DNA from: a virus
Lineage: Duplodnaviria; Heunggongvirae; Uroviricota; Caudoviricetes
Direction: 5' to 3' (one strand)
DNA length: 64,000 nucleotides
IMG/VR virus record: IMGVR_UViG_3300028394_000043
How positions within the stretch are numbered: the first letter of the stretch is position 1; every line of letters begins with the position of its first letter. Positions 50,901-61,111 of the stretch are shown one piece after another. Position numbers and translations under genes: made by a program. The notes under the pieces were generated by a model, which made no database searches, was not told where the DNA came from, and saw only the letters and a program-made list of their open reading frames with translations.

Positions 50901-53272
50901 CAAATGAAGATGCGGTTCAAATAGGCGGAGCACTTTCAGGCGACCCTAAATTTCATTTGAATATCCCAATCCAAGGAGGGTTTAAAAATACGAGACAGGA
51001 TATGTCAACTAATACAACATTAGATACATATGCAACGTTGAATCAAAAACTTTATTACGATTCCTATACCTATAAACCGGATTCTACGTTATTTAAACCT
51101 TTCTCAAGTAGTTTACCAAGATTATATTCTTCATTAGATAATTTATCAATGGCGTTTAATGGTGGTGGGTGTGGTCCATATAATCAAAATGTTAATAGTG
51201 GTTCATATCAATCAACATCAGGGTTAAGAATTGATGGTGACGATAATGATTATACTAATGAATGGGGTCAAGCTAAGGAAATTCTATTACCTGTGTCACC
51301 AATACTTGGTTGTGACTATTTTGATTATACCCATAATAATATTACCGGAACAACGTCAAATGATAGACCATTAACACCATCATACACTGGTGTTACTAGA
51401 GGTTATTTCCCTGATGAGATTATTGAAGGTGGAGGTATTTTAATTATGAGAACAAATAAAAATAACACACTAACACCGTACATACCACACACTAATAATA
51501 TTCCAGGAGTACCGTATCCTTATATTGATGTTACTTCATTATATTTATCACCCTCTTATAATGAAAATGTTAAGATGTTGTTTGGATTGGGAACTAGTGG
51601 TAGACAAATAATTATGAGGTCAGATAGATTGCCAACATCCACTTGTGTGCAATGGAATAAGTGTAATGGTTTAACAGACTCAACATTTAGTTTTCCGTTA
51701 TTTGCTAATGAGAATTTTTATATGGATACTATGGATAGTAGAAGTGGTGTATTTGCCTTTGGTTTAACATCGGGTTCTAATCCGGTGAGTACTGGCGCGG
51801 GAGGTAATGCAACAATTGAAACGGCATCATATTCTAGTTCAGTGGGTAGTGCACTTATTCAAAGTTTTACTTGTCCTCAATCGGCTAATTTAGATTGTTA
51901 TGTTGCTAACGGAGATACAATTACGGTGTCTCGAGGTAGATGTTCATATAATTTTTGGGGTCAAAGTATCTTTCGAGGTGGTTGTTATTTAGTTGGGACA
52001 GTACCGTTCTTTTCATTGGTTGGTGATTTATTTAGTGTTCAACCGGAATGGCAGTCAAGGTTAAATATTAATTTTGCTGCTTGTAGAAATACTTGGTCGG
52101 ATAGTTTTGCCAATAATTGGATTAACGGTACCTTATTTGCGTTTCCTTTTAAAACTTCAACTTACTACGATAGTAATAATAGAGCTCAATCTGACCATTG
52201 TAAGGAGCCAATTATTTTCCATAGTCAAACAAAAACATTTTATTATAGGTCAAGTCCTTACAAATTTAGTACTAATGAATTTATTGGTTCCGATAGACCT
52301 AATCCTGGTGGAATTGTTGGGTTTCTTTTTGGTAGTTATTTTGTTGAAAATACTCTTAATTTAAAATATCCAACAACAATGATGGATTTAGGTCCAAGAA
52401 CTTATTACTTACAAGAAATAGTTATGTCCGATATCTATGATGGGTATGTTATGGATAAATTAGCACCAACAACATTTAGTGATGTTTCAGACATTTTAAA
52501 TTTACATATTATTAGTAGAATGATTAATAAAAGTTTCTTAGACAGTTTAATTAGTATTGTTATTGGGGAGAATATTATTGGTAAGTATTTCGGTGTTAGA
52601 CCAAATCTTAAGGCGGATGCCGACTATCCTCAAATGATAGGTATTAGTTCTGAATTAGGTGTTGCGGAATTTGATACGGCTAATTATCCTGACCCACCGG
52701 CGGGTTCACAACCACCAATTTATTTTAATGGTGCGAGTTCTAGTAAAGCAATTATTGGTATCTTCTTTTCTTCTAATACTCAAGTTAGAGATTTTATAAC
52801 ACCAAAAAGAACTATTATTGATGATACAGTAAATATGTCTAATGTTTGTGCATTTAATAACTTTGGTGTTTATAGTCAAGTTGTTCCGTTTTATAAGTGG
52901 TATATAGACCAAAATGGTCCTGGTAGAAGTAATACACATAGTATTTTTGGAGACCAAGATGATAATTGGGTAACAGGTCCGGTTAATGGTCCGGCATTTT
53001 TCTCAAATCAATACCAATCATTAGATAGATTACAAGGTAATAGTGACTATTTTATGGGGGCTCAAGCGGGTCAACCTGTTAAGAATTTTAAAGGTTATAT
53101 CTATGCTGTAGATGCGAATGGTATTATTAATCCAAAAGTACAATATTGGACTAATCCAAATACGGTTACCGTTGGAGCACCATTTCATTTCTTCTTTGGT
53201 TTGAAAAAAGGTAAGTCATCTTATGATAGATTTACTCAAAAATGGATAAATACTGAAAATATTGTAAACTAA
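47987..53272 (+). CDS. Very large baseplate-associated protein with a carboxypeptidase-regulatory-like domain and an internal hydrophobic segment
   Basis: GVIIGRVSVNNGFGLPNAKVSVF...TNDSGDFMIFGVPVGTHTI (prealbumin-like sandwich), a ~85-aa hydrophobic stretch at 49487-49747, and a Cys-rich remainder. Confidence 0.65.
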   Translation: MPNSYRIRTDLGINKSINVSIDQEFEYLEILSLKVLQSEIYTRVCSDYGVIIGRVSVNNGFGLPNAKVSVFIPLTEEDGLNSVISEIYPYQSISDVNEDGYRYNLLPYEPSYSNHVPTGTFFNRTDVLTNPTLIQVYDKYFKYNAVTNDSGDFMIFGVPVGTHTISIDIDLSDIGEFSLSPQDLIRMGIATQAQVNGTKFKKSTNLRELPQIINLVRTVVVEPLWGQSEVCNLGICRSDFDLSNESNININPTSIFMGSLVSNIDGATVRTSCNSKWKLGGLCNLTVSPGEILAIRQTIKEDPMGRPTLELFDLEMGGVVIDDNGAWLLDVPMNLDYLITNEFGEQVISDDPNKGIPTKGKYRFKVKWAQSPSLGESIRRGYYLVPNIKEYGWNSTGNDPTKNNGIGTQYAFKSYAFSLDWDDYGDTTPMGQHMIQEAINCEDKFYLMQYNKVYTVSQMIDKFRGGLFPDNFVGIKAISQDDCNTENNKFPTNDANFRFDIIYTLFNLLSVVIRSVVWIIIIILHVLYTAVYILWFYLLYMAASYAVSAVLEVINAFGTYPPNLAMLGSAAKYAAISAALFIVANQWKKKVVDQCTPMQLPLILYPDCSMCDCSLQQGGVDGSAVTADVTADVGVEDESQEHNGNCVGTGYVQLVKLSKGETYDKTLIGGSDDYYIQTVALLTGDVIPPQTNPKQVQNDVRINAPQFFQYGSNPYNNFTTSLTFSERMNLFNTKAKYFDESIPGFPNPGGGVNRVKVNFNPNNTNHHFDNVVAVLCSKQSLNRLLPGTLITFQNPKLTGDTRASADINVDMYLSNVNAVQNQFQNFAITGTTLPLTSITLNYAHISGSGNTTTNYTGLNITASTDYHKFPIDIEYFQVLTGMTYSAYTNQCVTQLPNSFNARYLSNKIRINHLQANGCNYPSSNPEAPLYINPISKIKNYNDLVVVFLVRGVDPYSPKVNVKYGLGRLFGHTNEDAVQIGGALSGDPKFHLNIPIQGGFKNTRQDMSTNTTLDTYATLNQKLYYDSYTYKPDSTLFKPFSSSLPRLYSSLDNLSMAFNGGGCGPYNQNVNSGSYQSTSGLRIDGDDNDYTNEWGQAKEILLPVSPILGCDYFDYTHNNITGTTSNDRPLTPSYTGVTRGYFPDEIIEGGGILIMRTNKNNTLTPYIPHTNNIPGVPYPYIDVTSLYLSPSYNENVKMLFGLGTSGRQIIMRSDRLPTSTCVQWNKCNGLTDSTFSFPLFANENFYMDTMDSRSGVFAFGLTSGSNPVSTGAGGNATIETASYSSSVGSALIQSFTCPQSANLDCYVANGDTITVSRGRCSYNFWGQSIFRGGCYLVGTVPFFSLVGDLFSVQPEWQSRLNINFAACRNTWSDSFANNWINGTLFAFPFKTSTYYDSNNRAQSDHCKEPIIFHSQTKTFYYRSSPYKFSTNEFIGSDRPNPGGIVGFLFGSYFVENTLNLKYPTTMMDLGPRTYYLQEIVMSDIYDGYVMDKLAPTTFSDVSDILNLHIISRMINKSFLDSLISIVIGENIIGKYFGVRPNLKADADYPQMIGISSELGVAEFDTANYPDPPAGSQPPIYFNGASSSKAIIGIFFSSNTQVRDFITPKRTIIDDTVNMSNVCAFNNFGVYSQVVPFYKWYIDQNGPGRSNTHSIFGDQDDNWVTGPVNGPAFFSNQYQSLDRLQGNSDYFMGAQAGQPVKNFKGYIYAVDANGIINPKVQYWTNPNTVTVGAPFHFFFGLKKGKSSYDRFTQKWINTENIVN

Positions 53273-55095
53273 TGAGTAATAGTAACGACACTAGAATTGT
53301 TTTAGGTTCTTTAACGTATAAGGGAGCGTCAAATACGGATATTGGTCTTAATATCCCATTTGTACAAACAACTAAAGAAAACGTGGAGTTTGATAGAAGT
53401 TTGGATATTAACTTGGCAACATTATATGATAATGAAAGACAGCAATCTACTAATTTTAGACCTAGTTGTAAATTTTCAGTTTTATTTAAAAATTCGTATA
53501 CAGGCTGTTCTAACTATGAAAGATTTGAAAAAACTTTGTCATATATAAATGAGGATGCTGCTGCTAAACTTAATTGTCCAACAAATTCTAATGTTTCTTG
53601 GTCAGGATTCCCCCAATATAATGAGTTTGATTTTATTAGAACAGATTATGATTTTTCGGGGTATACTCAACCACCAAATGAACATATTTTATTTGTTAAT
53701 AAAAGTGCGTCCACATACAATTGGACTCATTACCTTAGTTATCCGTTTGAAAATGATTATACAAAAACTTTACAAGCGATTGATTCCAATACTAATCAAA
53801 CACTTCAATGGATTGCGTCAGATGGTATTCCCTTTGTACTTTATTCGTCAAAAATTGGTGGTTTAGGTATGATATCGTTTAGATGTCCTGTTAAACATAA
53901 CTTAACTGTAGGTGAGTATGTTAAATTAAGTTTTTCTTATAATGGTGAGGATAAATATCAAGTGTTTTCTTTAGGTACAGGACTTGAAGGAAGTGATATG
54001 TATACGTTTAATATTGTTGATATTGGATTTACAGGTACAACGTTTGATAATAATACATCGGGTACTTTTAGAAGAATTATTAACATTGAGAATCCGGTAG
54101 AGACATTATCATCATATTATGTTAGAAAACATAAAATAATTACAAATATTGAAGATGCGGTTTTGGTTAAAGCCGGGTTTGAACAAAATATTTTTGGGAC
54201 TAAGAAGAAATATGAGAGTAGTGGATATACACCAAATCGTGAAGCGAGAGTTTCAATTAGAGAAGGTGCTCAATCTTATACATTATCTTTTAATAGAGAT
54301 ATAGATATTAATAAAATAATTGATAACCAAAAAAGACCGGTTTCTGAATTATTCTTTACTGTATTATATAAAGGTTATTTTGGTTGGATGTTTGGGCAAA
54401 CTAGTTTTAGTAATCCGAATAAGTATATTGGTATGAAACAAGGGTATGAGTTTAACTTACCTTTAAATGATAGTGTATTACCTGGAATACCATCACCTTG
54501 GTGGTCTTTAAGTAACAATTTATCTAACACTAATTTTCCTATCAGTACATATACTAAAACTCAACCAACACCGGCAAGTACTTATGTTTTTACTTATCTT
54601 GATACGTTTATGTCGGGAGACACGTTGGATGGTGATTTTTGTGAATGGAATAATTATGAACAAAAAGAGAGAGTTATTTCTGAAATTTATCATAAATTGA
54701 CATATAACCCAAATGTATTTAATGTTTTATCGTCAGACACTAGATTACAATTTAACCCGTTTGGTTTTTATTATAAACCACATTATGGTTTAAAAATTAG
54801 AGATTTTTCTGATTATATTGAGACCGGGTCACCAAAAGATGTTGTGGGAGTTCCTGATTATTCATTTTTTTCAACAAGGGATAATTTATTTCGTTGGAGG
54901 GATATATACACTTATGGGTTTATAGATAATAAGGGTAATGGTGTTAATTATCCATTCTTTAATAATACTCATTATCCATATAGTGATTATACATTTAGAA
55001 TTATACCGGAAGGTACTAATTATATAGAGAGAGACATAAATTATTACGCAAACCTTTACGGAGCCGCGTCACCAATAGTAGACAATTGTGAATAG
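53272..55095 (+). CDS. Baseplate-region structural protein
   Basis: 607-aa ORF coupled to both neighbours, beta-rich and aromatic-rich. Family not recognised. Confidence 0.6.
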   Translation: MSNSNDTRIVLGSLTYKGASNTDIGLNIPFVQTTKENVEFDRSLDINLATLYDNERQQSTNFRPSCKFSVLFKNSYTGCSNYERFEKTLSYINEDAAAKLNCPTNSNVSWSGFPQYNEFDFIRTDYDFSGYTQPPNEHILFVNKSASTYNWTHYLSYPFENDYTKTLQAIDSNTNQTLQWIASDGIPFVLYSSKIGGLGMISFRCPVKHNLTVGEYVKLSFSYNGEDKYQVFSLGTGLEGSDMYTFNIVDIGFTGTTFDNNTSGTFRRIINIENPVETLSSYYVRKHKIITNIEDAVLVKAGFEQNIFGTKKKYESSGYTPNREARVSIREGAQSYTLSFNRDIDINKIIDNQKRPVSELFFTVLYKGYFGWMFGQTSFSNPNKYIGMKQGYEFNLPLNDSVLPGIPSPWWSLSNNLSNTNFPISTYTKTQPTPASTYVFTYLDTFMSGDTLDGDFCEWNNYEQKERVISEIYHKLTYNPNVFNVLSSDTRLQFNPFGFYYKPHYGLKIRDFSDYIETGSPKDVVGVPDYSFFSTRDNLFRWRDIYTYGFIDNKGNGVNYPFFNNTHYPYSDYTFRIIPEGTNYIERDINYYANLYGAASPIVDNCE

Positions 55096-55933
55096 ATTTA
55101 AATTTATATTACCTAAAAACGACAAATTCATTGATTTACCAATTGAGATGAAGTGGGATTTTTATGGTAGAGATGATAGTATTAGTGTTTATGAGGATGA
55201 TGTTATTAACCAATTGACGGGTAATAAAGAGGATTTTGAAATATTAAGATTTGCTCACGCACCGTATAGTAGTGATACAAAAACAGATGTGAAATATATG
55301 TTTCATTTCTTTAGTGTAAATGGAACTGTTCCACCAAACCCGGTGCAGAATGTTTATTCTTCAATAGCTTCTGATTGGATTAGTAGTTATATTCCTGAAG
55401 GGTTTAATGTTAAAGAAATTTATTATTATGTTAAACCATTCACAAAGTCATTTTTTAAATTGGATTTTTATGATTCAAATACAGCAATAACTCAAACAAA
55501 TTATTTTACTGTAATTATTCCAACACAACAAGGGGCAACACAAAATGTTAGTCTATCACCATACAAACCAAATGTTGACATTAGAACACCTAATTTCACG
55601 TTAGATTATGTTGGGGATAAAGAGGGGTTCTTTTTGTATTGGTTAAGGAAAAAAAGTTTCTTAGATATAAACCCAAATCCTGCTCATACTACAGAGACGT
55701 TTTATATGACCGCTAAGTTTTTTGATGCGAGATTAGGTGTGTTTGTTAAAATGACAAATAAACCTCAGATTACTATAAATCAGGCAAATCCATTTCAGTT
55801 TAAACCTGAAATTTATTTTTATTATAAAGTGGTTTTAGATTACGTAACATACACTTATAAAATTTTTGATTTGCAGGGTTTAAGAGTTGGGGACAGTGGT
55901 CCCATAAAATGGTATGAATATATAAACCCTTAA
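55088..55933 (+). CDS. Baseplate-region structural protein
   Basis: 281 aa with a GTG start overlapping the upstream stop. Aromatic-rich. Confidence 0.6.
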   Translation: MNRFKFILPKNDKFIDLPIEMKWDFYGRDDSISVYEDDVINQLTGNKEDFEILRFAHAPYSSDTKTDVKYMFHFFSVNGTVPPNPVQNVYSSIASDWISSYIPEGFNVKEIYYYVKPFTKSFFKLDFYDSNTAITQTNYFTVIIPTQQGATQNVSLSPYKPNVDIRTPNFTLDYVGDKEGFFLYWLRKKSFLDINPNPAHTTETFYMTAKFFDARLGVFVKMTNKPQITINQANPFQFKPEIYFYYKVVLDYVTYTYKIFDLQGLRVGDSGPIKWYEYINP

Positions 55934-55934
55934 T

Positions 55935-57125
55935 ATGGACGATAGAAATTATCACATTAAAATTTCACCTGAGGTAATTCTTGGGGATGTATTTAAAGTC
56001 CCATATTTTGCGGGACAATTAACAACATACACTGATTATAAAATTTGTTGTAAAACGTATCAGAGACCTGTGACTAAAAATATTACAGGTGAGGCGTATG
56101 TTTATTCATCAATGACACAAATATTATCCGGTGGTACTGATGGAGCATCACTATTAACTGGTTTAACCATACCTATTTTATTAACAGAGAATACTGTGGA
56201 TATTGGGTATTATTCCGTGTTTGATGGTATGGTAGTTCAAAAAGATGTTATGACTAATTTTATATTTTCGGCGACATCATTAAGTGCGGATACTGTATAT
56301 TTTTATAATACATCAGATACTGAGTTTAAGAAATATTTAGAGTTTTCAACTTATATGTTAGATTGGGGTGACCCAAATGACCCGGGTATAATTACATTAT
56401 CATCATCAACAATATTTCCATTAAACCACACATATTCCGAACCAAGTCCCGTAGAAGGATATAATATTAGTATGTCGGGAATGAGTCCTTGGGGTTCAAA
56501 CGTGGTTAAAAAGACGGTTCACGTACCTTATACTGATGTTGTGATAGGTAACCCTAATGGTACTATAAATGGTACCTCTTGGTTTACACCTGCGGGTGGT
56601 AATTGGTCAGGACTTACATTGATGTATGACTTTATTTTTAGTGGTGATTCTAATTGTGATACAACCGTTGATACAATTGGGGAATTTACAACAGTTCCTT
56701 TTGTGGTATCGGGATATACACAATCAAGTTTAAACGATTTAAAACAATATGGTCAGGTACCATTTAAGTTAAATACTGTTGTTACAGGAACATCAGGTAA
56801 TATAGGTGTTTATAGTGGATTAACAGATGATGGTTTGGGGGTTATGTATTCGGTTAACGGGATTGACTATGTTGATTTACAAGATGGTACAACGATTTTT
56901 ATGGTTAAATCTTCGGGATTAACTTCTGATATGATTGTTTGTTCGGCAATCACTAAAAACGAAGTCTTATTAAATGTTATTGATGAGGCTGAGGTCCAAT
57001 CTGAGATATTCATTGAGAGAGGTAAACAATCTAGTTTGGAAAGATTAGAAAGATTAGGTGAAGTAGATAACGTCGGTGACCTAACTAAGTACGGATATAA
57101 ATTTTTTAAGGTAATAAAAACATAA
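55935..57125 (+). CDS. Structural protein with a PKD-like domain
   Basis: YMLDWGD...LNHTYS is a PKD-type pattern. The protein also has many (S/T)GxT motifs. Confidence 0.6.
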   Translation: MDDRNYHIKISPEVILGDVFKVPYFAGQLTTYTDYKICCKTYQRPVTKNITGEAYVYSSMTQILSGGTDGASLLTGLTIPILLTENTVDIGYYSVFDGMVVQKDVMTNFIFSATSLSADTVYFYNTSDTEFKKYLEFSTYMLDWGDPNDPGIITLSSSTIFPLNHTYSEPSPVEGYNISMSGMSPWGSNVVKKTVHVPYTDVVIGNPNGTINGTSWFTPAGGNWSGLTLMYDFIFSGDSNCDTTVDTIGEFTTVPFVVSGYTQSSLNDLKQYGQVPFKLNTVVTGTSGNIGVYSGLTDDGLGVMYSVNGIDYVDLQDGTTIFMVKSSGLTSDMIVCSAITKNEVLLNVIDEAEVQSEIFIERGKQSSLERLERLGEVDNVGDLTKYGYKFFKVIKT

Positions 57126-57131
57126 ATTTGA

Positions 57132-57138
57132 TATTTAT
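57132..57138 (+). promoter_or_regulatory. TATTTAT late-promoter-like motif
   Basis: 20 nt upstream of the ATG at 57159. Confidence 0.55.
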
Positions 57139-57158
57139 CAATATAACAACAATATAAT

Positions 57159-58067
57159 ATGGCAACAGGAACCTATGGTACTATTAGACCGGCAGATGTA
57201 TCTCCTCAAGATGTGGAGATTATCTTAAACTACACACCAAGTCGTGATGAAACTGATAACTTTGTTTTAACAACATTGGATGCTTTATCGGTATTAAAAC
57301 CTTATTACAATAATGATGAGACAGGTGGGAACGCTAACGTTGAAATCTTAGGTGGTTTATATAATTTAAGATTACCTGCAGAGACATTTAATAAATTAGG
57401 GATTTACACCCTATTCATTAGACCTGCTCAAATTAGAACTAAGATATTGGATTGTGGTGTATTATCATCATTACCTAATGTTAAGGGGATTGTTATTGAT
57501 TTAACAGATGTCCCGTCAAAATTTAGAAATAAGTTTGTTAATCAAGGATTGGTTGGTTTTAGAGTTGAATATCTAAACTCGGACGGTACTAAAATATCTA
57601 ACTTTTTTAGATTAATTACTTCATCATTCTTCTGTGAACCGGTTGTTCAAAATTTAACTAATACATCGGCTAAAGCCATTAGATATAGATATACGGATAA
57701 TAATACTAATTTAATTTTCTGTACTCTATCACCGTCTTCAGCTCCAACTAACAAACCAAATGCGACTCCATTTATTGGTCAACCAAATCAAGATATTATT
57801 ATTACAAATACTTTCTTTAATCCTATTACAATGGATGTTGAAATTGTTGAACACGACTTTTCAACGTTGGCAATTGCGTTATTTGGTAATCAAACCAAAT
57901 CAATGGATGATGGTATCTACACATTGTATGATAGTCAAAATAATATTTACAAACAATATAACTTATACGAAATTAGAGACCAATTTAATAACTTACTTTA
58001 TGAGGTTAGAAAAGATAGAGGGAATAATATTGATTTTAGTAAAAACTTTACAAATATAACTGAATAA
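57159..58067 (+). CDS. Probable baseplate wedge structural protein
   Basis: 302-aa ORF with its own late motif, coupled to the gp7-like gene. Family not recognised. Confidence 0.6.
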   Translation: MATGTYGTIRPADVSPQDVEIILNYTPSRDETDNFVLTTLDALSVLKPYYNNDETGGNANVEILGGLYNLRLPAETFNKLGIYTLFIRPAQIRTKILDCGVLSSLPNVKGIVIDLTDVPSKFRNKFVNQGLVGFRVEYLNSDGTKISNFFRLITSSFFCEPVVQNLTNTSAKAIRYRYTDNNTNLIFCTLSPSSAPTNKPNATPFIGQPNQDIIITNTFFNPITMDVEIVEHDFSTLAIALFGNQTKSMDDGIYTLYDSQNNIYKQYNLYEIRDQFNNLLYEVRKDRGNNIDFSKNFTNITE

Positions 58068-61000
58068 TGGCGATAACCAAATATACTTGTCCTCCACAAT
58101 CGGCTACCGGTTCCGGTACATTTTCTGATGACTTAGTTGGGTTCCAATTAGTCACGGGGGGTGGTCTAACGCAAGGTAATTTTGAATTTGTAACGTCAGT
58201 AACTGAGAAAACTAACAGAACATTTAGTACTGGTAATTTTTCAGACCCAATTAGTTTAGACACTTTAGGTCTTGAAAATGTTGCTCAATCAAAAAGAATT
58301 GTTGAAAATAATTTTAAGGTTTATCCTAATTTTGATTTAAGTCAAATTACTAATTTCACCTTATATGGTTCTATGGTTAAGAGATTATCAACTTCTGTTG
58401 AGTCAATTATTAGTCAATTCCCTGCAGCTTTAGAGTCAACTTTTTTAGGTGTTAATTATGTTACAGGTGCAACTGCTACTAACATTGTTTATAATGATGT
58501 TGAAAACTTAACTAGTTTTGATTTTGATGTTGCTAAAATTAGGAATCCATTTGATATTGATTTTTCAGTTAATGCAACTAGAAATATACAATTAAGAGAA
58601 GTTACTGTTTCTCCTTTAAGAGATATGACAATAGAATACGCAAAGTATTCATTATATTATAATAATTCGGGGTATACGGTTAGTTCAATAGTTCCAACAT
58701 CCTCTCTATCAACAGGAACCTTAACTATTACAGTTAAAGGGAATCCTTTTTCATATCAAACAGTAATTTTTGATGATTTAGTTGTAAGACCAAATGATTA
58801 TGAGGTTAGTAGAGTATTAAACGAGAATTTAGATGAGGTTGAAAATTTCTTATTAAATAGAACTATAACACCTTTATATACGGCAACGTTTAAAGTCCCA
58901 AAAGAGGATGATAGTGGTAACTATTATACATATAATCAAACTGTTACTTGGCCTTTATACGGTACTTGGAATTTAGATATTTTAACACCATCATTTACCA
59001 ATTATTTAATTAAGTTAAATGATATTGGGGAATCGTTAGACTCGTATAAAACAAATTTAGTTTCAAGATTTTTAACAACAGGTGCTTTTAAAGATTTTGA
59101 TACTGTTGACCAAAAAATGGAAAAAGTTCTACAAGTTTATGGTAGAAGTTTTGACGAGACAAATAAATTTGTAAGTGCTTTGGCATATATGAATTCTGTT
59201 AACTATAATGTTGGTAATGATATACCATCACAATTATTAAAGAATTTATCACAAACGTTAGGTTGGTCTATTAATATGTCACCAATTACTAATGATGATT
59301 TTTTAAGTTCGGTTTTTGGTCAAACAAATACGGAGTCGTCAAATTTTGCGGGTATATCTCAACCTTCAACTCCGGATGAATTAAATTATCAATACTATAG
59401 AAATTTAATACTAAACTCGGCATATCTTTTTAAATCAAAAGGTACTAGAAAATCTATTGAGATTTTAATGAGATTGATTGGTGCTCCGGATGCTTTAGTT
59501 GAATTTAACGAATATGTTTATTTAGCCGATGGTAAAATAAATATGAGTGATTTTGAAACACAATACGCTCAAATATCTACCGGAACTTATTTAAGGGAGT
59601 TGCCAGTGTTAGACCCATCAGACACGTATACTATTCACGGACTTCCAAATGTGTATACCGGTTTTACAACAACTTCTATTATGAAGGATGTTAACGTTAC
59701 TTTAAGTGAGTACCCAATTGATAATTTAGGGTATCCGTCAATGCCGGAAAATAGTGATGTATACTTTTTTCAAATGGGTAGTGGGTGGTTTGAATCTACA
59801 CCACAACATAGAGCACCTGAACAGGTTGATTTAACTAATAGTGTTTTTACGGGAACTAACCCAAATTATCAAACAAGTTTAAAACCATATACATATGGTC
59901 AAGAATATTTAAACAATTATAAACAATTGCCTTTTACGGATTTAGGGTTTAATTTAACTGCTCAGGTAGATAATAACAAAACTTGGGTTGATAATGAAAT
60001 TGGTTTAAGAAGTAACCTTGATGGAGGGTATAATGCGTTATATTTTACGGAAAGTGATGATTTAGTAATAAATGTTAAAAACATTGATTTATTTTTAAAT
60101 CCTGCTCAAGGGTTAGCGTATGATGTATGGTATATGTCAAGAAAATATGATTACCCAATATCAAATAATGGGTTAGGTTGGGTTGAACCAACTAAATGTA
60201 ATCCTTCACCAAATGTTGATTATCCAATGAGAGGTGGTGTGGATTGGACTGTTATTGACCCTCAACCAAAGAGAAAAACATTTTTTGAGTTCGCTCAAAC
60301 ATTTTGGTTAAACACAATTAATGTTAGAAATAGACAATTTAATACTGACGGTAAAACAAGTGGTTATCCGACATTATCATCAATTTATTGGAAATATTTA
60401 GAATCAGAAAAAATCGCTGGTATTCCAAACGATAACTTCACATATAAGACAATGATTGAGTATGTGGATGGATTAGGTGATTATTGGATTAGATTAGTAG
60501 AACAATTGATACCGGCAACGACTATATGGAATACGGGTGTTAAATACGAAAACTCTATTTTTCATAGACAAAAATTTGTATGGAGAAGACAAATGGGTTG
60601 TGAGTTAATTCCAATTTATTGTACACCTTGTACACTAACTTCTAATTTATTTGCAAATGACTGTCCGACACAAATTGTTGAATGTTCTAAATATCCAAAA
60701 GGGACGACTTTTAATGGTGTGTTAGGAACGTTATTAAATGCTTATTTAATAGATAATGGATATAAGTTTGAAAACTGTTCAGCTAGTACATTAAATTCGC
60801 AATGGTTTGTTGAGATATATATTGATAATGAACTTAAAATAAAAAAACCATTCTTTAATGGTGTTGGTTATTACAACCCAAGTCCTTGTGTTGAGACACC
60901 TACATTTTCGGGAGCAAGTTCACCTTGTGATTCTGTGTGGAATACCGCTCTTTTAACTGCGTTAGATGGTTTAGAAACTTTTGGTTATGACTATTATATT

Positions 61001-61111
61001 ACGGAGACTGATAATGTTGCAATTTATAACATAGTTTGTGATGTTTCAAGAATTGGGGTTAAATTTGATATAAAGGTGGGGATAAATTTTAATATATTGT
61101 GTAGTAAATGA
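58067..61111 (+). CDS. Baseplate wedge protein (gp7 / P2 gpI-like)
   Basis: IPSQLLKNLSQTLGW...YRNLILNSAYLFKSKGTRKSIEILMRLIG is the KGT motif of gpI/gp7-type wedge proteins. Confidence 0.72.
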   Translation: MAITKYTCPPQSATGSGTFSDDLVGFQLVTGGGLTQGNFEFVTSVTEKTNRTFSTGNFSDPISLDTLGLENVAQSKRIVENNFKVYPNFDLSQITNFTLYGSMVKRLSTSVESIISQFPAALESTFLGVNYVTGATATNIVYNDVENLTSFDFDVAKIRNPFDIDFSVNATRNIQLREVTVSPLRDMTIEYAKYSLYYNNSGYTVSSIVPTSSLSTGTLTITVKGNPFSYQTVIFDDLVVRPNDYEVSRVLNENLDEVENFLLNRTITPLYTATFKVPKEDDSGNYYTYNQTVTWPLYGTWNLDILTPSFTNYLIKLNDIGESLDSYKTNLVSRFLTTGAFKDFDTVDQKMEKVLQVYGRSFDETNKFVSALAYMNSVNYNVGNDIPSQLLKNLSQTLGWSINMSPITNDDFLSSVFGQTNTESSNFAGISQPSTPDELNYQYYRNLILNSAYLFKSKGTRKSIEILMRLIGAPDALVEFNEYVYLADGKINMSDFETQYAQISTGTYLRELPVLDPSDTYTIHGLPNVYTGFTTTSIMKDVNVTLSEYPIDNLGYPSMPENSDVYFFQMGSGWFESTPQHRAPEQVDLTNSVFTGTNPNYQTSLKPYTYGQEYLNNYKQLPFTDLGFNLTAQVDNNKTWVDNEIGLRSNLDGGYNALYFTESDDLVINVKNIDLFLNPAQGLAYDVWYMSRKYDYPISNNGLGWVEPTKCNPSPNVDYPMRGGVDWTVIDPQPKRKTFFEFAQTFWLNTINVRNRQFNTDGKTSGYPTLSSIYWKYLESEKIAGIPNDNFTYKTMIEYVDGLGDYWIRLVEQLIPATTIWNTGVKYENSIFHRQKFVWRRQMGCELIPIYCTPCTLTSNLFANDCPTQIVECSKYPKGTTFNGVLGTLLNAYLIDNGYKFENCSASTLNSQWFVEIYIDNELKIKKPFFNGVGYYNPSPCVETPTFSGASSPCDSVWNTALLTALDGLETFGYDYYITETDNVAIYNIVCDVSRIGVKFDIKVGINFNILCSK

